A DNA stretch of 64,000 nucleotides. Source: an uncultured Alphaproteobacteria bacterium. Lineage in GTDB: Bacteria; Pseudomonadota; Alphaproteobacteria; Acetobacterales; Acetobacteraceae. Below, piece after piece: positions 46,710-55,545 of this stretch. The translations under genes were made by a program, and so were the position numbers. The stretch lies in contig CAWKLX010000002.1 of the NCBI GenBank assembly GCA_963850605.1, positions 396,966 through 460,965 on the forward strand, read 5' to 3'. The notes below the pieces were generated by a model, which was given only the letters and a program-made list of their open reading frames with translations, had not been told where the DNA came from and did no database searches. Every line of letters begins with the position of its first letter. The stretch's first letter is position 1.

Positions 46710-46785
46710 CAGGGTTCCCGATACTGTTGCTGGTGCGCGGCCACGGCGCAGGGTAACGCGGCACGGTCGAGCAGCAAGGGCAGGC

Positions 46786-48009
46786 ATGGGGCTGTTACCC
46801 GAGGTGAGGCGGACGGGGCTGGTCCGGCGAGTGGACGCCTTCCTGGTGTTTCTGCGCAGTGAATCGGCAGGTGGCGTGTTGCTGATCCTGGCCTCGTTGG
46901 CGGCGCTCGCCTGGTCGAACTCTGCCGCCGCATCCGGCTATGCGTGGCTACTCGCTATTCGTGTTGGCGTGGGCAGGGCGGCACTGCCCGTGCACGCGGT
47001 CGTCAATGACGGGCTGATGGCATTCTTTTTTTTGTTGGCCGGGCTCGAGATACGCCGTGAGCTAACCACCGGTAGGCTGGCGAGTCTCCGCGCAGCGGCT
47101 GCCCCGGGCGTGGCGGCCCTGGGCGGCATGGCGGTGCCCGCGTGCATCTACCTGGCGCTGAACCACGGCCGGCCAAGCGCGCATGGCTGGGCGGTACCTG
47201 TCGCGACCGACATCGCGTTTTCATTGGCCGTTTTGCGGGTTCTGGGCAGGCGGGCGAGCCTGTCGCTTCGCGTGTTCCTGACCGCACTCGCGATCCTGGA
47301 CGATCTCGGTGCGATCCTGGTGATTGCGCTATTCTATGCAGCCGGCCTGTCGACCCCGGCGCTCGCCGGAGCGGCGGTGGTCTGCTTGGGTCTGTGGATG
47401 CTCGGCCGCAGCGGCGTGCGTGTTCTGTGGCCTTATCTGCTGGGCGGGGCGTTGCTTTGGCTGCTGGTGTTGGAGAGCGGGGTCCACGCCACCCTTGCGG
47501 GTGTGGCGCTGGCCTTTCTAGTGCCTAGTCAGGCCCATGCTGGCCGGCCATCTGCGGCACAGGTGCTTGAAGAACACCTGTCGCCCTGGGTAGCTTACCT
47601 GATCCTGCCGGTGTTCGGCTTGGCCAATGCGGGGCTGCCATTTTCCGCGACCTCGGTCTCCGAACTGGTCTCGCCCGGGCCGCTTGGCGTGCTGCTTGGC
47701 TTGTTCCTGGGCAAGCAGGTGGGCGTGTTCTGCGCCACGATGATGGGGCGGCGCTTGGGCGTGCTGGCCCTTCCCGCGGGAATGGAGCTTCTGGACCTTT
47801 ACGGCGCCGCGCTGCTCTGCGGTATCGGGTTCACCATGAGCCTGTTTATCGGCGACCTGGCCTTCCGGGGAACGACGCTGTTTGGCGGCATCAAGCTGGC
47901 GGTATTTTGCGGCTCCCTGCTGTCGGCCTTAGCCGGGGTGACCATACTGGCCTGGGCCGCTCGGCGGCGTAGGACGGCTCAGGACAAAGACGACACCATC
48001 CCAGCTTGA
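46786..48009 (+). CDS. nhaA: Na+/H+ antiporter NhaA
   Basis: GGVLLILASLAALAWSNS, DGLMAFFFLLAGLEIRREL, ATDIAF, AILDDLGAI. Confidence 0.9.
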   Translation: MGLLPEVRRTGLVRRVDAFLVFLRSESAGGVLLILASLAALAWSNSAAASGYAWLLAIRVGVGRAALPVHAVVNDGLMAFFFLLAGLEIRRELTTGRLASLRAAAAPGVAALGGMAVPACIYLALNHGRPSAHGWAVPVATDIAFSLAVLRVLGRRASLSLRVFLTALAILDDLGAILVIALFYAAGLSTPALAGAAVVCLGLWMLGRSGVRVLWPYLLGGALLWLLVLESGVHATLAGVALAFLVPSQAHAGRPSAAQVLEEHLSPWVAYLILPVFGLANAGLPFSATSVSELVSPGPLGVLLGLFLGKQVGVFCATMMGRRLGVLALPAGMELLDLYGAALLCGIGFTMSLFIGDLAFRGTTLFGGIKLAVFCGSLLSALAGVTILAWAARRRRTAQDKDDTIPA

Positions 48010-48774
48010 AAACGGCCGGGCGCCTGCTGTCCCCATGCAAAGTCCGAGTGTTTCCGCCCAGCCCCGCGCATGCGCCAGACCCGCATCCGGCTCGCCGTAA
48101 GTGAGGTTCAGTATGGCCAGCGAGCCGCCCGGCCGCAGCGTTTTCGCGGCGGCCGCCACATGGGCGTCGGCCACCCCGGCCTGGACAAAATAGGGAAAGC
48201 TGTCCACCGCGAGCACCAGGTCCAGGCTGTCCGCCGGCAGGTTGGGCGGCCCGCCATCCGTCACCTCGAAGACTACGTTCGGCAGATGGCCGTGCCGCCG
48301 CCGCGCCTCGGCCACCATGGCCTTCGAGACGTCCAGCCCCAGGATATGCGTGCAATGCGGGGCCAGTGCGGCGGACAATCGCCCTATGCCACAGCCGAGG
48401 TCGAGCATCGCTGCATGGGGGCGCATGAACTCTCGCAGCCAGTCCACGATCTCGGCCGTGGCGTGGGCGAGCAAAGCGGGATCCCCCAGCGTGTAGGCGG
48501 CGACGCTGGCTTCCGGGGCGGCGCGCACCGCCCGATCGAACATGCGGGCGATGGCTTGCGGGTTGGACGCGGCTGCGTGGTCCACAGAGGCGTCCCGCAG
48601 CATGGCGGCAAGCCGGTCCAGGCGGTCGAGGTTGGCATGGAACGCGGCCGAGAGGGGGGTGCCGCCAACAGTGTCGGCGATCTGCGCGAGGGATTGGCCG
48701 GCCAGGGCAAGGCGGGCCAGGGCGCCCTCGGCGGAGATGCGGCCCGCCACGAACTCTGCGACGGCGTCGTTCAT
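47929..48774 (-). CDS. Class I SAM-dependent methyltransferase
   Basis: MLDLGCGIGRLSAALA (motif I) and LRPGGSLAI. Its 3' end overlaps nhaA convergently by 81 nt. Confidence 0.75.
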   Translation of the reverse strand: MNDAVAEFVAGRISAEGALARLALAGQSLAQIADTVGGTPLSAAFHANLDRLDRLAAMLRDASVDHAAASNPQAIARMFDRAVRAAPEASVAAYTLGDPALLAHATAEIVDWLREFMRPHAAMLDLGCGIGRLSAALAPHCTHILGLDVSKAMVAEARRRHGHLPNVVFEVTDGGPPNLPADSLDLVLAVDSFPYFVQAGVADAHVAAAAKTLRPGGSLAILNLTYGEPDAGLAHARGWAETLGLCMGTAGARPFSSWDGVVFVLSRPTPPSGPGQYGHPG

Positions 48775-49763
48775 GCGTCACGAAGAAAGCGGCGCGTGGC
48801 GTTGTGCCGGTCTGTGGCGCCCCAGGCATATTTGTAGGCTTCGGCACCGCGTAAAAAATGCAGCTCGCTTCGGCCCTCGGCGGCGGCCTGTTCGGCCAGT
48901 GCGGCCAGCAGAAGCGAGCCCGGGCTGCAATGGGCGTGGTCGGCGGCGAAGCCGCCCAGGTAAAGCATCAGCCGGTCCTGGGTGAGCAGGGCGACGCAGC
49001 CGGCCGCCGGTGTGCCCCCGATGCGCAGCACGGCCGCCCGCAGGGCGCCGTCGTCCAGCAGGCCAGGGGCGGCGGCGATCAGGGTCGCGCTTACCCGCGG
49101 GTCGGACAATACGCCGCCGGGTTCACCACGCGCCGTCCAGCGTGCCGTATGCATGTCCAGCACGCACCCCAGCACGCCGGCCAGGGTTTCGGGCACGGCC
49201 AGTTCCAGCGACCAGCCACCGGCCCGCTCCGCGCGATGCCGGTTCATGCGCAATTTTCGATGTGAACTGGCGGGGACGCAGGTGCGCAGGTCGGCACCGG
49301 GCCGGGGCAATCCCAGCACGGGGCAAGGGTCGGCCGCGTGCAGCCTTGCCCGCCAGCCTAGCGGGGGCGTGCAGACGCGCAGCGGAGAGCCGGGTGGCAG
49401 GTCGATCAGGTCGCAGACCGTCACCTCTCCCGCCTGGGCAAGCACGGTCCCCAGCAGGCGTTCCGCGGCATCGCCGGGCGCGTCGGGCGCGATCAGCGCG
49501 TCCAGACAGTCGCTCAACCCGGCGCCCAGGGGCAGCAGTTTCCCTTCGTCCAGCACGTAGGCGGGTAGCAGGCCCGCCAGCACGCCATTCCGACGCAGCA
49601 CGCCGATCGTCAGGCGCTGGCCGGCGAACTGCGACCACCAGGCGAGCTGCCATGCGGGATGCTGGAAGGGCGTAGTGCCAGGCACGCGGCGCCATAGGGC
49701 GCGCCACGCGGGCGCTAGCGCACGGAGATCGGCCTCGGTGGTAATGCAATCTAGGTCGAGCAC
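48771..49763 (-). CDS. GNAT-fold acyltransferase, CelD/BioF2-like (Acetyltransf_6)
   Basis: WRALWRRVPGTTPFQHPAWQLAWWSQF... and a C-terminal ELHFLRGAEAYKYAWGA. Confidence 0.65.
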   Translation of the reverse strand: MLDLDCITTEADLRALAPAWRALWRRVPGTTPFQHPAWQLAWWSQFAGQRLTIGVLRRNGVLAGLLPAYVLDEGKLLPLGAGLSDCLDALIAPDAPGDAAERLLGTVLAQAGEVTVCDLIDLPPGSPLRVCTPPLGWRARLHAADPCPVLGLPRPGADLRTCVPASSHRKLRMNRHRAERAGGWSLELAVPETLAGVLGCVLDMHTARWTARGEPGGVLSDPRVSATLIAAAPGLLDDGALRAAVLRIGGTPAAGCVALLTQDRLMLYLGGFAADHAHCSPGSLLLAALAEQAAAEGRSELHFLRGAEAYKYAWGATDRHNATRRFLRDA

Positions 49764-49765
49764 CG

Positions 49766-50821
49766 TCAGGCGGCTTGCGCGCGGCGTTCGGCGAGTCGGG
49801 CGTAGCGGTCGAGATAGGCGCCCACCATGCGCTCCAGTGAGAACCGCCTGCGGGCCACCTCGCGGCAGGTGTCGGGCGCGATCTCGCCGGTGCGGTGCAT
49901 CGCGCCTGCCATTTCAGGGACGTCCTGCACGAGGAAACCGGTTCGTCCTTGCTCCACGATGCCGGCGAGCGCGCCGGCGGGATATGCCAGCACCGGCGTG
50001 CCGCAAGCTGCTGCCTCCATGGCGACCAGCGAGCTGGTCTCGGGCGCCAGGCTGGGGATCAGCACGCAGCGTGCGGCGGTGAGCAGGCGGCGTTTGCGCA
50101 CGAACCCGGCCGGCCCGATGAAGCGCCGGGTCCTGTCCAGATACGGGGCGACCTCGCGGGCGAAATACGCCTGGTGCTCAGGGTAGGGGAACACGGCCCC
50201 GGCGATCAGCAGGGGCAATCCCGCGCGGTGCGCGGCTTGCAGGGCCAGATGCTGACCTTTTTCAGGGCAGATACGCCCCAGCATCAGCGCGAAGCCGCGC
50301 CGTGCATGCCGGGCGGTCAAGCGCGCCGTATCGACCCCATTCGGGATGGGGGGCAGCAGTTTCGGATGAACCGGACACGTTTGGCCCTGATCGTCTGAAA
50401 CGCAGGAAAGCCACAGATCTGGCCGGTTCGGCAGGGCCGGGTACCAGGCCGGCGGCAAGTGCAGGGTGGCCAATATCGGGGCGCCACCCGTGTCCGCCGG
50501 CAGGGTGTCCGGGAAATCCAGGCCGTGCATGTGGACCACATCGACGCGTTCGTGCCGCAATGCGTGGCGCACCGCCTCCTGCGTCGCCGATCGGGCAGCC
50601 GCACGGTGCGCCGGCGTGGCGCGGGAGTCCGGATCGATGCCGGTGTCGATCAGACGTCCGGCTGCCTCGCTGCCGCGGCAGGCCACCACGATCGACCGGT
50701 GGCCGGAAACGGTCAACGCGTGGTCGAGCGTGGAGAGCATCTGCTCGGCGCCGCCCACGGCATCGGGCCCGACGGGTGCCAGCGCGTAGGCGACGCTCAG
50801 GATTGTGAGCGCGGGGAGCAT
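49766..50821 (-). CDS. Glycosyltransferase family 4 (GT-B, Glycos_transf_1)
   Basis: GGAEQMLSTLDHAL..., FIGPAGFVRKRRLLTAARCVLIPS...ETSSLVAMEAAACGTPVLA. Confidence 0.8.
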   Translation of the reverse strand: MLPALTILSVAYALAPVGPDAVGGAEQMLSTLDHALTVSGHRSIVVACRGSEAAGRLIDTGIDPDSRATPAHRAAARSATQEAVRHALRHERVDVVHMHGLDFPDTLPADTGGAPILATLHLPPAWYPALPNRPDLWLSCVSDDQGQTCPVHPKLLPPIPNGVDTARLTARHARRGFALMLGRICPEKGQHLALQAAHRAGLPLLIAGAVFPYPEHQAYFAREVAPYLDRTRRFIGPAGFVRKRRLLTAARCVLIPSLAPETSSLVAMEAAACGTPVLAYPAGALAGIVEQGRTGFLVQDVPEMAGAMHRTGEIAPDTCREVARRRFSLERMVGAYLDRYARLAERRAQAA

Positions 50822-50833
50822 GCCGGCCGGGAG

Positions 50834-50941
50834 CTAGAGCACCATCCGATCGAACGGAGTCGTTCGGTCGGACAAAGATGCTCGTCAAAACAAGGAGTTA
50901 GAGCTTGGTCCCTGAGCCAATGCGAACGGACCATGCTCTAG
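50834..50941 (+). mobile_element. 108-bp MITE-like repeat, copy A
   Basis: CTAGAGCACCATCCGATCGAACGGAGTCGTTCGG...CCAATGCGAACGGACCATGCTCTAG. The termini are imperfect inverted repeats (CTAGAGCA..TCCG.TCG). An internal hairpin is CCGATCGAACG/CGTTCGGTCGG. About 89% identical to copy C by hand alignment. Confidence 0.6.
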
Positions 50942-51867
50942 CCCGCCTGGTGCAAGAGTTTTTCGAGCGCCGGTGCACGGCCGGGGGCAAAGCGGCGCAG
51001 CATGGTGGCGCAGAACTCCGCGAATTCCTCCGGGTGACTTGGCGGCGAGGTGTGGTGCGGCATCAACCCGCGACTTTCAGGTGTAAAGCAGAAGGTTACG
51101 GTTACGTTAAAATCTTCCAGCGCGCGCATTTGCCGGTCGAACCAGGCTTCGGCCCCGGGGCGCAGCCAGTCGGCCCAGCTCAGCCCCGTGCGCAGATAAG
51201 TGACGCCCATCTCGCGCATCTTTCGTACGGCGTCGTCCAGCCGGTGATCCTCGAAATGGAACCACTGGCAGATGCCGAGCTCTGGCGTATAGTTGGTGAA
51301 ATGCCGCGCCGCCAGCTTGGGGCGCCCATGCTCGTCGTAGAGCCCCATGTGGAAATGGCGGTAGTAGGACGATCCCTCCGCCTCGCGATGACGCGTGGTC
51401 GCGGGCCAGGCAGCTGGCAGGTCGTAGAGGCTGTACCAGTGGATGCGCGGGGCCGCACCCATCAGCAATTCGGCCGTGCGTTTAAGCCCCCATTCCTGGA
51501 CTTCCTCGGCGCCGAATGTGGAAATGCCGACTTCTGAGACCCAGACGGGAAGTTTGGTAGTCCGCTGGATGGTTGCTAGTTTTTCCGGCCATTCGCCGAT
51601 CGTCCAATGGTTCCAATCGAGCGGGAATCCGTGCACGGCCACTGCGTCGAGATGTTCGAGCACCCCCCGCGCTTCGAGTATGCGCAGGAAATCCGGATCG
51701 ATCGGCGACATGCCGCCCAGCACGCGCGGCAACCCCGGCAATTCGGCCGCGATCGCCTGGCCGGCGAGCTTGGTCATGCGCGCGAAGATTTCCCAGCCTG
51801 GGTCATTCTCGAAATCCCAGTGGGATTTGTTGTTGGGCTCGTTCCAGATCATCGCTGCTTCGATCAT
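50938..51867 (-). CDS. Clan GH-A-like glycoside hydrolase (TIM barrel) with apparently permuted motif order
   Basis: It starts MIEAAMIWNEPNN (NEP acid/base motif at residues 9-11). Later come AVAVHGFP, PVWVSEVG (nucleophile-type motif) and HWYSLYD. It ends with an N-terminal-type segment, GVTYLRTGLSWADWL...FNVTVTFCFTPES...EEFAEFCATMLRRF. The ATG lies 4 nt after the upstream gene's stop. Confidence 0.6.
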   Translation of the reverse strand: MIEAAMIWNEPNNKSHWDFENDPGWEIFARMTKLAGQAIAAELPGLPRVLGGMSPIDPDFLRILEARGVLEHLDAVAVHGFPLDWNHWTIGEWPEKLATIQRTTKLPVWVSEVGISTFGAEEVQEWGLKRTAELLMGAAPRIHWYSLYDLPAAWPATTRHREAEGSSYYRHFHMGLYDEHGRPKLAARHFTNYTPELGICQWFHFEDHRLDDAVRKMREMGVTYLRTGLSWADWLRPGAEAWFDRQMRALEDFNVTVTFCFTPESRGLMPHHTSPPSHPEEFAEFCATMLRRFAPGRAPALEKLLHQAG

Positions 51868-51871
51868 TTTT

Positions 51872-52639
51872 CTACGCGCCCCGTGCCGGATAGACCGCGC
51901 CGTATTCGCCTGGCTCGCGCCGCACATGGCGGCAGATGAACATTTCTTCCTCTGGATGGCTGACGATCTCGTAGCCGGCGCTGCGCAGCATGGCGGCCGA
52001 GCAGGCGCGGTTGGGCGCCCACCAATTGGTGCAGTCATGCGCGTAGTCGTGCTCGATAAAATGCAGTTTCGGGTAGCCGGGATCATCGAAATGGTCCTGC
52101 TCACGGAATTCATAATCGGGCTTGACCTCGGTGACCGCATTGCTGCCGCGCTGCATCGACTGGAATACCAGCAGATCGCGCGTGACGTGCTCGTGCACCA
52201 GGTCGAGCGCCAGCAGGGGATGGCGAAGATGATAGAGCACGCCGATGAAGAACACGATATCAAAACGTTCGGCCAGCGCGCCCACATCGTAGACCGACAT
52301 GCGGAGGAACTCGATGCTCAAGCCTTCGACCTCGGCGGCAAAACGCGCCTGGTTCAGATAGTCCTCGTCGAAATCGATGCCGAGCACGCGGTCCGCGCCG
52401 CGGCGTTTCATTTCCATGGCGTAGAAGCCGCCATTGCAGCCGATGTCCAGCACGGTCTTGCCTGTCAGGTCGGCCGGGATGTCGTTCGCAAAGGAGCGCC
52501 ACTTGACGGCCGGAAAATCACCCAGAAAATGGTCGGGTGCGGTATGCACCCCCCGCAGATTGAGATTGTGGAACCATGGCCCCAGCGATTCGGCACGCGC
52601 CCGGATCTTTTCCAGGGTCCATTCCGTCACGTCACTCAC
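51872..52639 (-). CDS. SAM-dependent methyltransferase (CmoB/DUF1698-like)
   Basis: WFHNLNLRGVHTAPDHFLGDFPAVKW...GKTVLDIGCNGGFYAMEM...VLGIDFD...FFIGVLYHLRHP. The GTG at 52639 overlaps the upstream stop (GTGAGTGA). Confidence 0.75.
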   Translation of the reverse strand: MSDVTEWTLEKIRARAESLGPWFHNLNLRGVHTAPDHFLGDFPAVKWRSFANDIPADLTGKTVLDIGCNGGFYAMEMKRRGADRVLGIDFDEDYLNQARFAAEVEGLSIEFLRMSVYDVGALAERFDIVFFIGVLYHLRHPLLALDLVHEHVTRDLLVFQSMQRGSNAVTEVKPDYEFREQDHFDDPGYPKLHFIEHDYAHDCTNWWAPNRACSAAMLRSAGYEIVSHPEEEMFICRHVRREPGEYGAVYPARGA

Positions 52640-53393
52640 GCCCTGCAGTCTCCTGTTCCTGTGCCATCCCGGTATCGCCCAGCAAATGCACGGCTTGGCG
52701 ATAACCGTGCAGCGTACCAACGTCCACATATCGCGTGCCGGCGCGCGATGCATGCGCTTCGCCGCCCTGCTCCAGCCAGGCATTGACCAATGTGCCGATA
52801 TACTCGTCGGCGCAGTCGCGTGCTCGCCACAGGCGTTCCAACTCATGCAGCGTGCGGCCGGGCAGCTTGAAGGCGCCCCAGATCCACATCGTGCCGCTGT
52901 CGGGGGATTTGACGACCACGCGCTGCACGCGCCCCTGCGCGTCGGTCAGCACCCTATCGAAAAACTCCGGGTGGTCCACAGGGAACAGCAGGAAGGTGAA
53001 GCGGTCATCCGGCAGGTTCGCCAACGCATCGGCTGGGAACCAGATCGTGTCGGGCAGCCCGACCACCACGGGCTCGTCGTGCGGGATCAGCGGCAGCGCA
53101 CGAAAGATCGCGTCGCACAGGCCGCGCGGCGCATCCTGGATGACATAGGCCAGCGCCACATCACCGATCAAGCCGCCGAAATACGTCAAAATATCCGATT
53201 TTTGCGGGGAGATGACGAAACACAGTTTTTGCACGCCGGCCCGGGCCATACGCTCGACGAGATACTCGCTGACGGCCCGCGGCCGTTCCACGCCATGCGC
53301 GTCCGTGCGGCTGCCGACCGGCAGAAGTTCCTTGGAAAACGCCAGTGGCTGGATTCGCGTGCCGTGGCCGGCCGCCGGAATGATGCCCCACAT
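52632..53393 (-). CDS. Sugar-phosphate nucleotidyltransferase
   Basis: MWGIIPAAGHGTRIQPLAFSKELLPV (G-x-G-T-R signature). Confidence 0.8.
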   Translation of the reverse strand: MWGIIPAAGHGTRIQPLAFSKELLPVGSRTDAHGVERPRAVSEYLVERMARAGVQKLCFVISPQKSDILTYFGGLIGDVALAYVIQDAPRGLCDAIFRALPLIPHDEPVVVGLPDTIWFPADALANLPDDRFTFLLFPVDHPEFFDRVLTDAQGRVQRVVVKSPDSGTMWIWGAFKLPGRTLHELERLWRARDCADEYIGTLVNAWLEQGGEAHASRAGTRYVDVGTLHGYRQAVHLLGDTGMAQEQETAGRE

Positions 53394-53399
53394 CGCCGC

Positions 53400-54479
53400 T
53401 CAGGCCGGCACGCGCGAGGTGGCCGATTGCAGCAGCTCGACAAAGGTGGTGGCGCGATGGTCGGCGGTGTGCTCACCCAGCACGCGGTCACGTGCGCGGG
53501 CGGCGATCGTGGCCAAGGCTTCCGGCGAACGATCCAGCGCCGCCAATGCGCCTTGCGTGTCGGAGGCCGTCAGTATCTCGCGCCCAGGCTCGAAAAAACT
53601 GTCCAGGCCCTCCCATCCGTCGCTCAGGATCGGGGTGCCGCAGGCTGCGGCCTCGAACAGCCGGCCGGACGGGCACCAGCCCATGCGTGCCATGGCCGCG
53701 CGCGTCACGTTCAATGTCAGGCGCGAGGAGGAGAAAAACGCCGTGTGCTCGGCCGGTGGCAGATGGCGCACGAACCAGATGTTCTTCGCCCACGGAAAAT
53801 CGGCCGGATATTGCGCACCGCCGATGACGAAACGCCAATCGGGCCGGGCGCGGGCCGGGGCCACGAACATCGCTTCGAGCGCTGCCTGACGGTCGGCGGC
53901 GTAGGTGCCCAGGTAGGACAGATCGGCTTTATACCGGGTCTGGGGCGGGACAGGGTGATAAGCGGCTGGATCGGCCCAGCCGTAGAACGGTTCGGCGCGC
54001 CTGGCGCCAAGCTGGGTGCGCAGGGCGGTCAGCGCGGCGCCACCCGTGTAGCTGAGCACCAGATCGTAGCCGGACAGCCTTTCCGGCCCGATATACGGCA
54101 CGTGCTCGCCCGCCGAGAGGCGGTCCAGCGTAACCGGCGTATCCAGGTCGTAGAAACACCGCACCCGCGCACGGCTGTCCTGAATCAGGTGCGCGGCATC
54201 CAGCGCGTCCGGGCAGAACGAGGTGACCAGTGCCGCATCGGCCTCGTCCGCGCAGCGCGCCGCCTCGCGCGCAACCGAATGCCAGTCTGCGTAGAGCACC
54301 AGCCTATGCGGGCCGAGATCGGTCAGGTCGCGGTTCTGCGCGTAGTAGGCCACGTCCCGCTCGAAGAAGGTGACATGGTGGCCGGCGCGGCCGAGCGCCG
54401 CGATCAGCCCGCGCCAAAGTGTGGCATGGCCGTTGCCCCAGGACGAGCTGACCGTCAGGCCGAAGATCACCAGCCTCAC
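53400..54479 (-). CDS. GT-B glycosyltransferase (CgeB-like)
   Basis: MRLVIFGLTVSSSWGNGHATLWRGL... and a C-terminal RLFEAAACGTPILSDGWEGLDSFFEPGREIL. Confidence 0.6.
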   Translation of the reverse strand: MRLVIFGLTVSSSWGNGHATLWRGLIAALGRAGHHVTFFERDVAYYAQNRDLTDLGPHRLVLYADWHSVAREAARCADEADAALVTSFCPDALDAAHLIQDSRARVRCFYDLDTPVTLDRLSAGEHVPYIGPERLSGYDLVLSYTGGAALTALRTQLGARRAEPFYGWADPAAYHPVPPQTRYKADLSYLGTYAADRQAALEAMFVAPARARPDWRFVIGGAQYPADFPWAKNIWFVRHLPPAEHTAFFSSSRLTLNVTRAAMARMGWCPSGRLFEAAACGTPILSDGWEGLDSFFEPGREILTASDTQGALAALDRSPEALATIAARARDRVLGEHTADHRATTFVELLQSATSRVPA

Positions 54480-55216
54480 AGGGCCGGTTCCGCGATGGCC
54501 AGCAGTGACGCCAGATCGTGCAGGCTGCTGAGGCGGGCGTCGCAGAGGTCGGCCAGCGCGGGTTCGCAGACGACCGTATCTTGTATCAGGGCCACCATCA
54601 TGCGGGCGTCATAGGCAGCCGCGATCCCGGCCGGTGAGTCCTCCACCGCCAGGCAGTCCTGCGCGGGCACACCGAGCTGGACGGCGGCGGCGGCGAAACT
54701 GTCGGGCGCCGGTTTGCCACGGGCGACATCGTCGCGTGTCACTACAGCCGCGAACCGGGGGAGCAGGCCGGCGCGGGCGAGGTGGGCATGGGCTGTGGCG
54801 GCGCTGGCCGACGTAGCCACACCGCAGGGCACGCCGTTCCGGTCCAACATGTCGAGCGCTTCGGCGGCACCGGCCTTGATCGGGATGCCCGCCACAAGGC
54901 CAGCCGCCCGATGCCGGTAATAGGCGGCGAGAAATGGCGAGACAGGGAACACGTCGCCCAGCAATTTCGGCAAAAGAACCCGCCTTTCCGTGCTGGGAAG
55001 GCCGACGAGCCGGTCGTAGCCAGCCGCATCAAGCTGATAGCCAAACTCCGCGAGGGCCGCATGGAAGGCGGCGCGATAAACCGGTTCGGTATCCAGAAGG
55101 GTCCCATCGAGATCGAAGACTACGGCGCGGACGGCGCGCGGCAGCCGCGCCGCCTCGGCCGCGCCTTGCGGGGCTAGTCGGCGGCGGCAGGCAGGGTAGG
55201 CTCCGTCTTGATCCAT
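54476..55216 (-). CDS. HAD-superfamily hydrolase (beta-phosphoglucomutase-like)
   Basis: VVFDLDGTLLDTEPVY (DxD motif I), VATSAS and AVEDSPAGIAAA. ATG at 55216. Confidence 0.8.
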   Translation of the reverse strand: MDQDGAYPACRRRLAPQGAAEAARLPRAVRAVVFDLDGTLLDTEPVYRAAFHAALAEFGYQLDAAGYDRLVGLPSTERRVLLPKLLGDVFPVSPFLAAYYRHRAAGLVAGIPIKAGAAEALDMLDRNGVPCGVATSASAATAHAHLARAGLLPRFAAVVTRDDVARGKPAPDSFAAAAVQLGVPAQDCLAVEDSPAGIAAAYDARMMVALIQDTVVCEPALADLCDARLSSLHDLASLLAIAEPAL

Positions 55217-55322
55217 CCGCGCTCGCGTTTGTCGAAAGTGTTTGTAGGCATCGACTGCGGAGGTCAACGGTTCCCTGGCCCGGCGATTGTCCGGCTGCCT
55301 TGCGGAGCCTGGGCGTGCCGGT

Positions 55323-55430
55323 TGTGAGCATCATCCGATCGAACGGAACCGTTCGGCCGGATAAAGATGTTCGTCACAACAATGAGATAGAGCTTGGTCG
55401 GTGCGCCAATGCGAACGGATCAAGCCTTAG
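55323..55430 (+). mobile_element. 108-bp MITE-like repeat, copy B (degenerate termini)
   Basis: TGTGAGCATCATCCGATCGAACGGAACCGTTCGGCCGGATAAAGATG...GCCAATGCGAACGGATCAAGCCTTAG, colinear with copy A over its full length. Confidence 0.55.
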
Positions 55431-55545
55431 CGGCTGGTCTCAAACAGGCCGGGGTTCGCACAGCCTGTGGGCCGCCGGTGCTGCCCCGGATCGCTCCGCG
55501 TGCAACGACGAAGTCGCACGCGGACTATCGGAGTCGGGCGTAGAA

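Noticed and set aside
51868-52287. 5' 140 codons of ORF 50938-52287
   Set aside because: They overlap the DUF1698-like methyltransferase gene and are Ser/Cys/Arg-rich nonsense. The hydrolase starts at ATG 51867.
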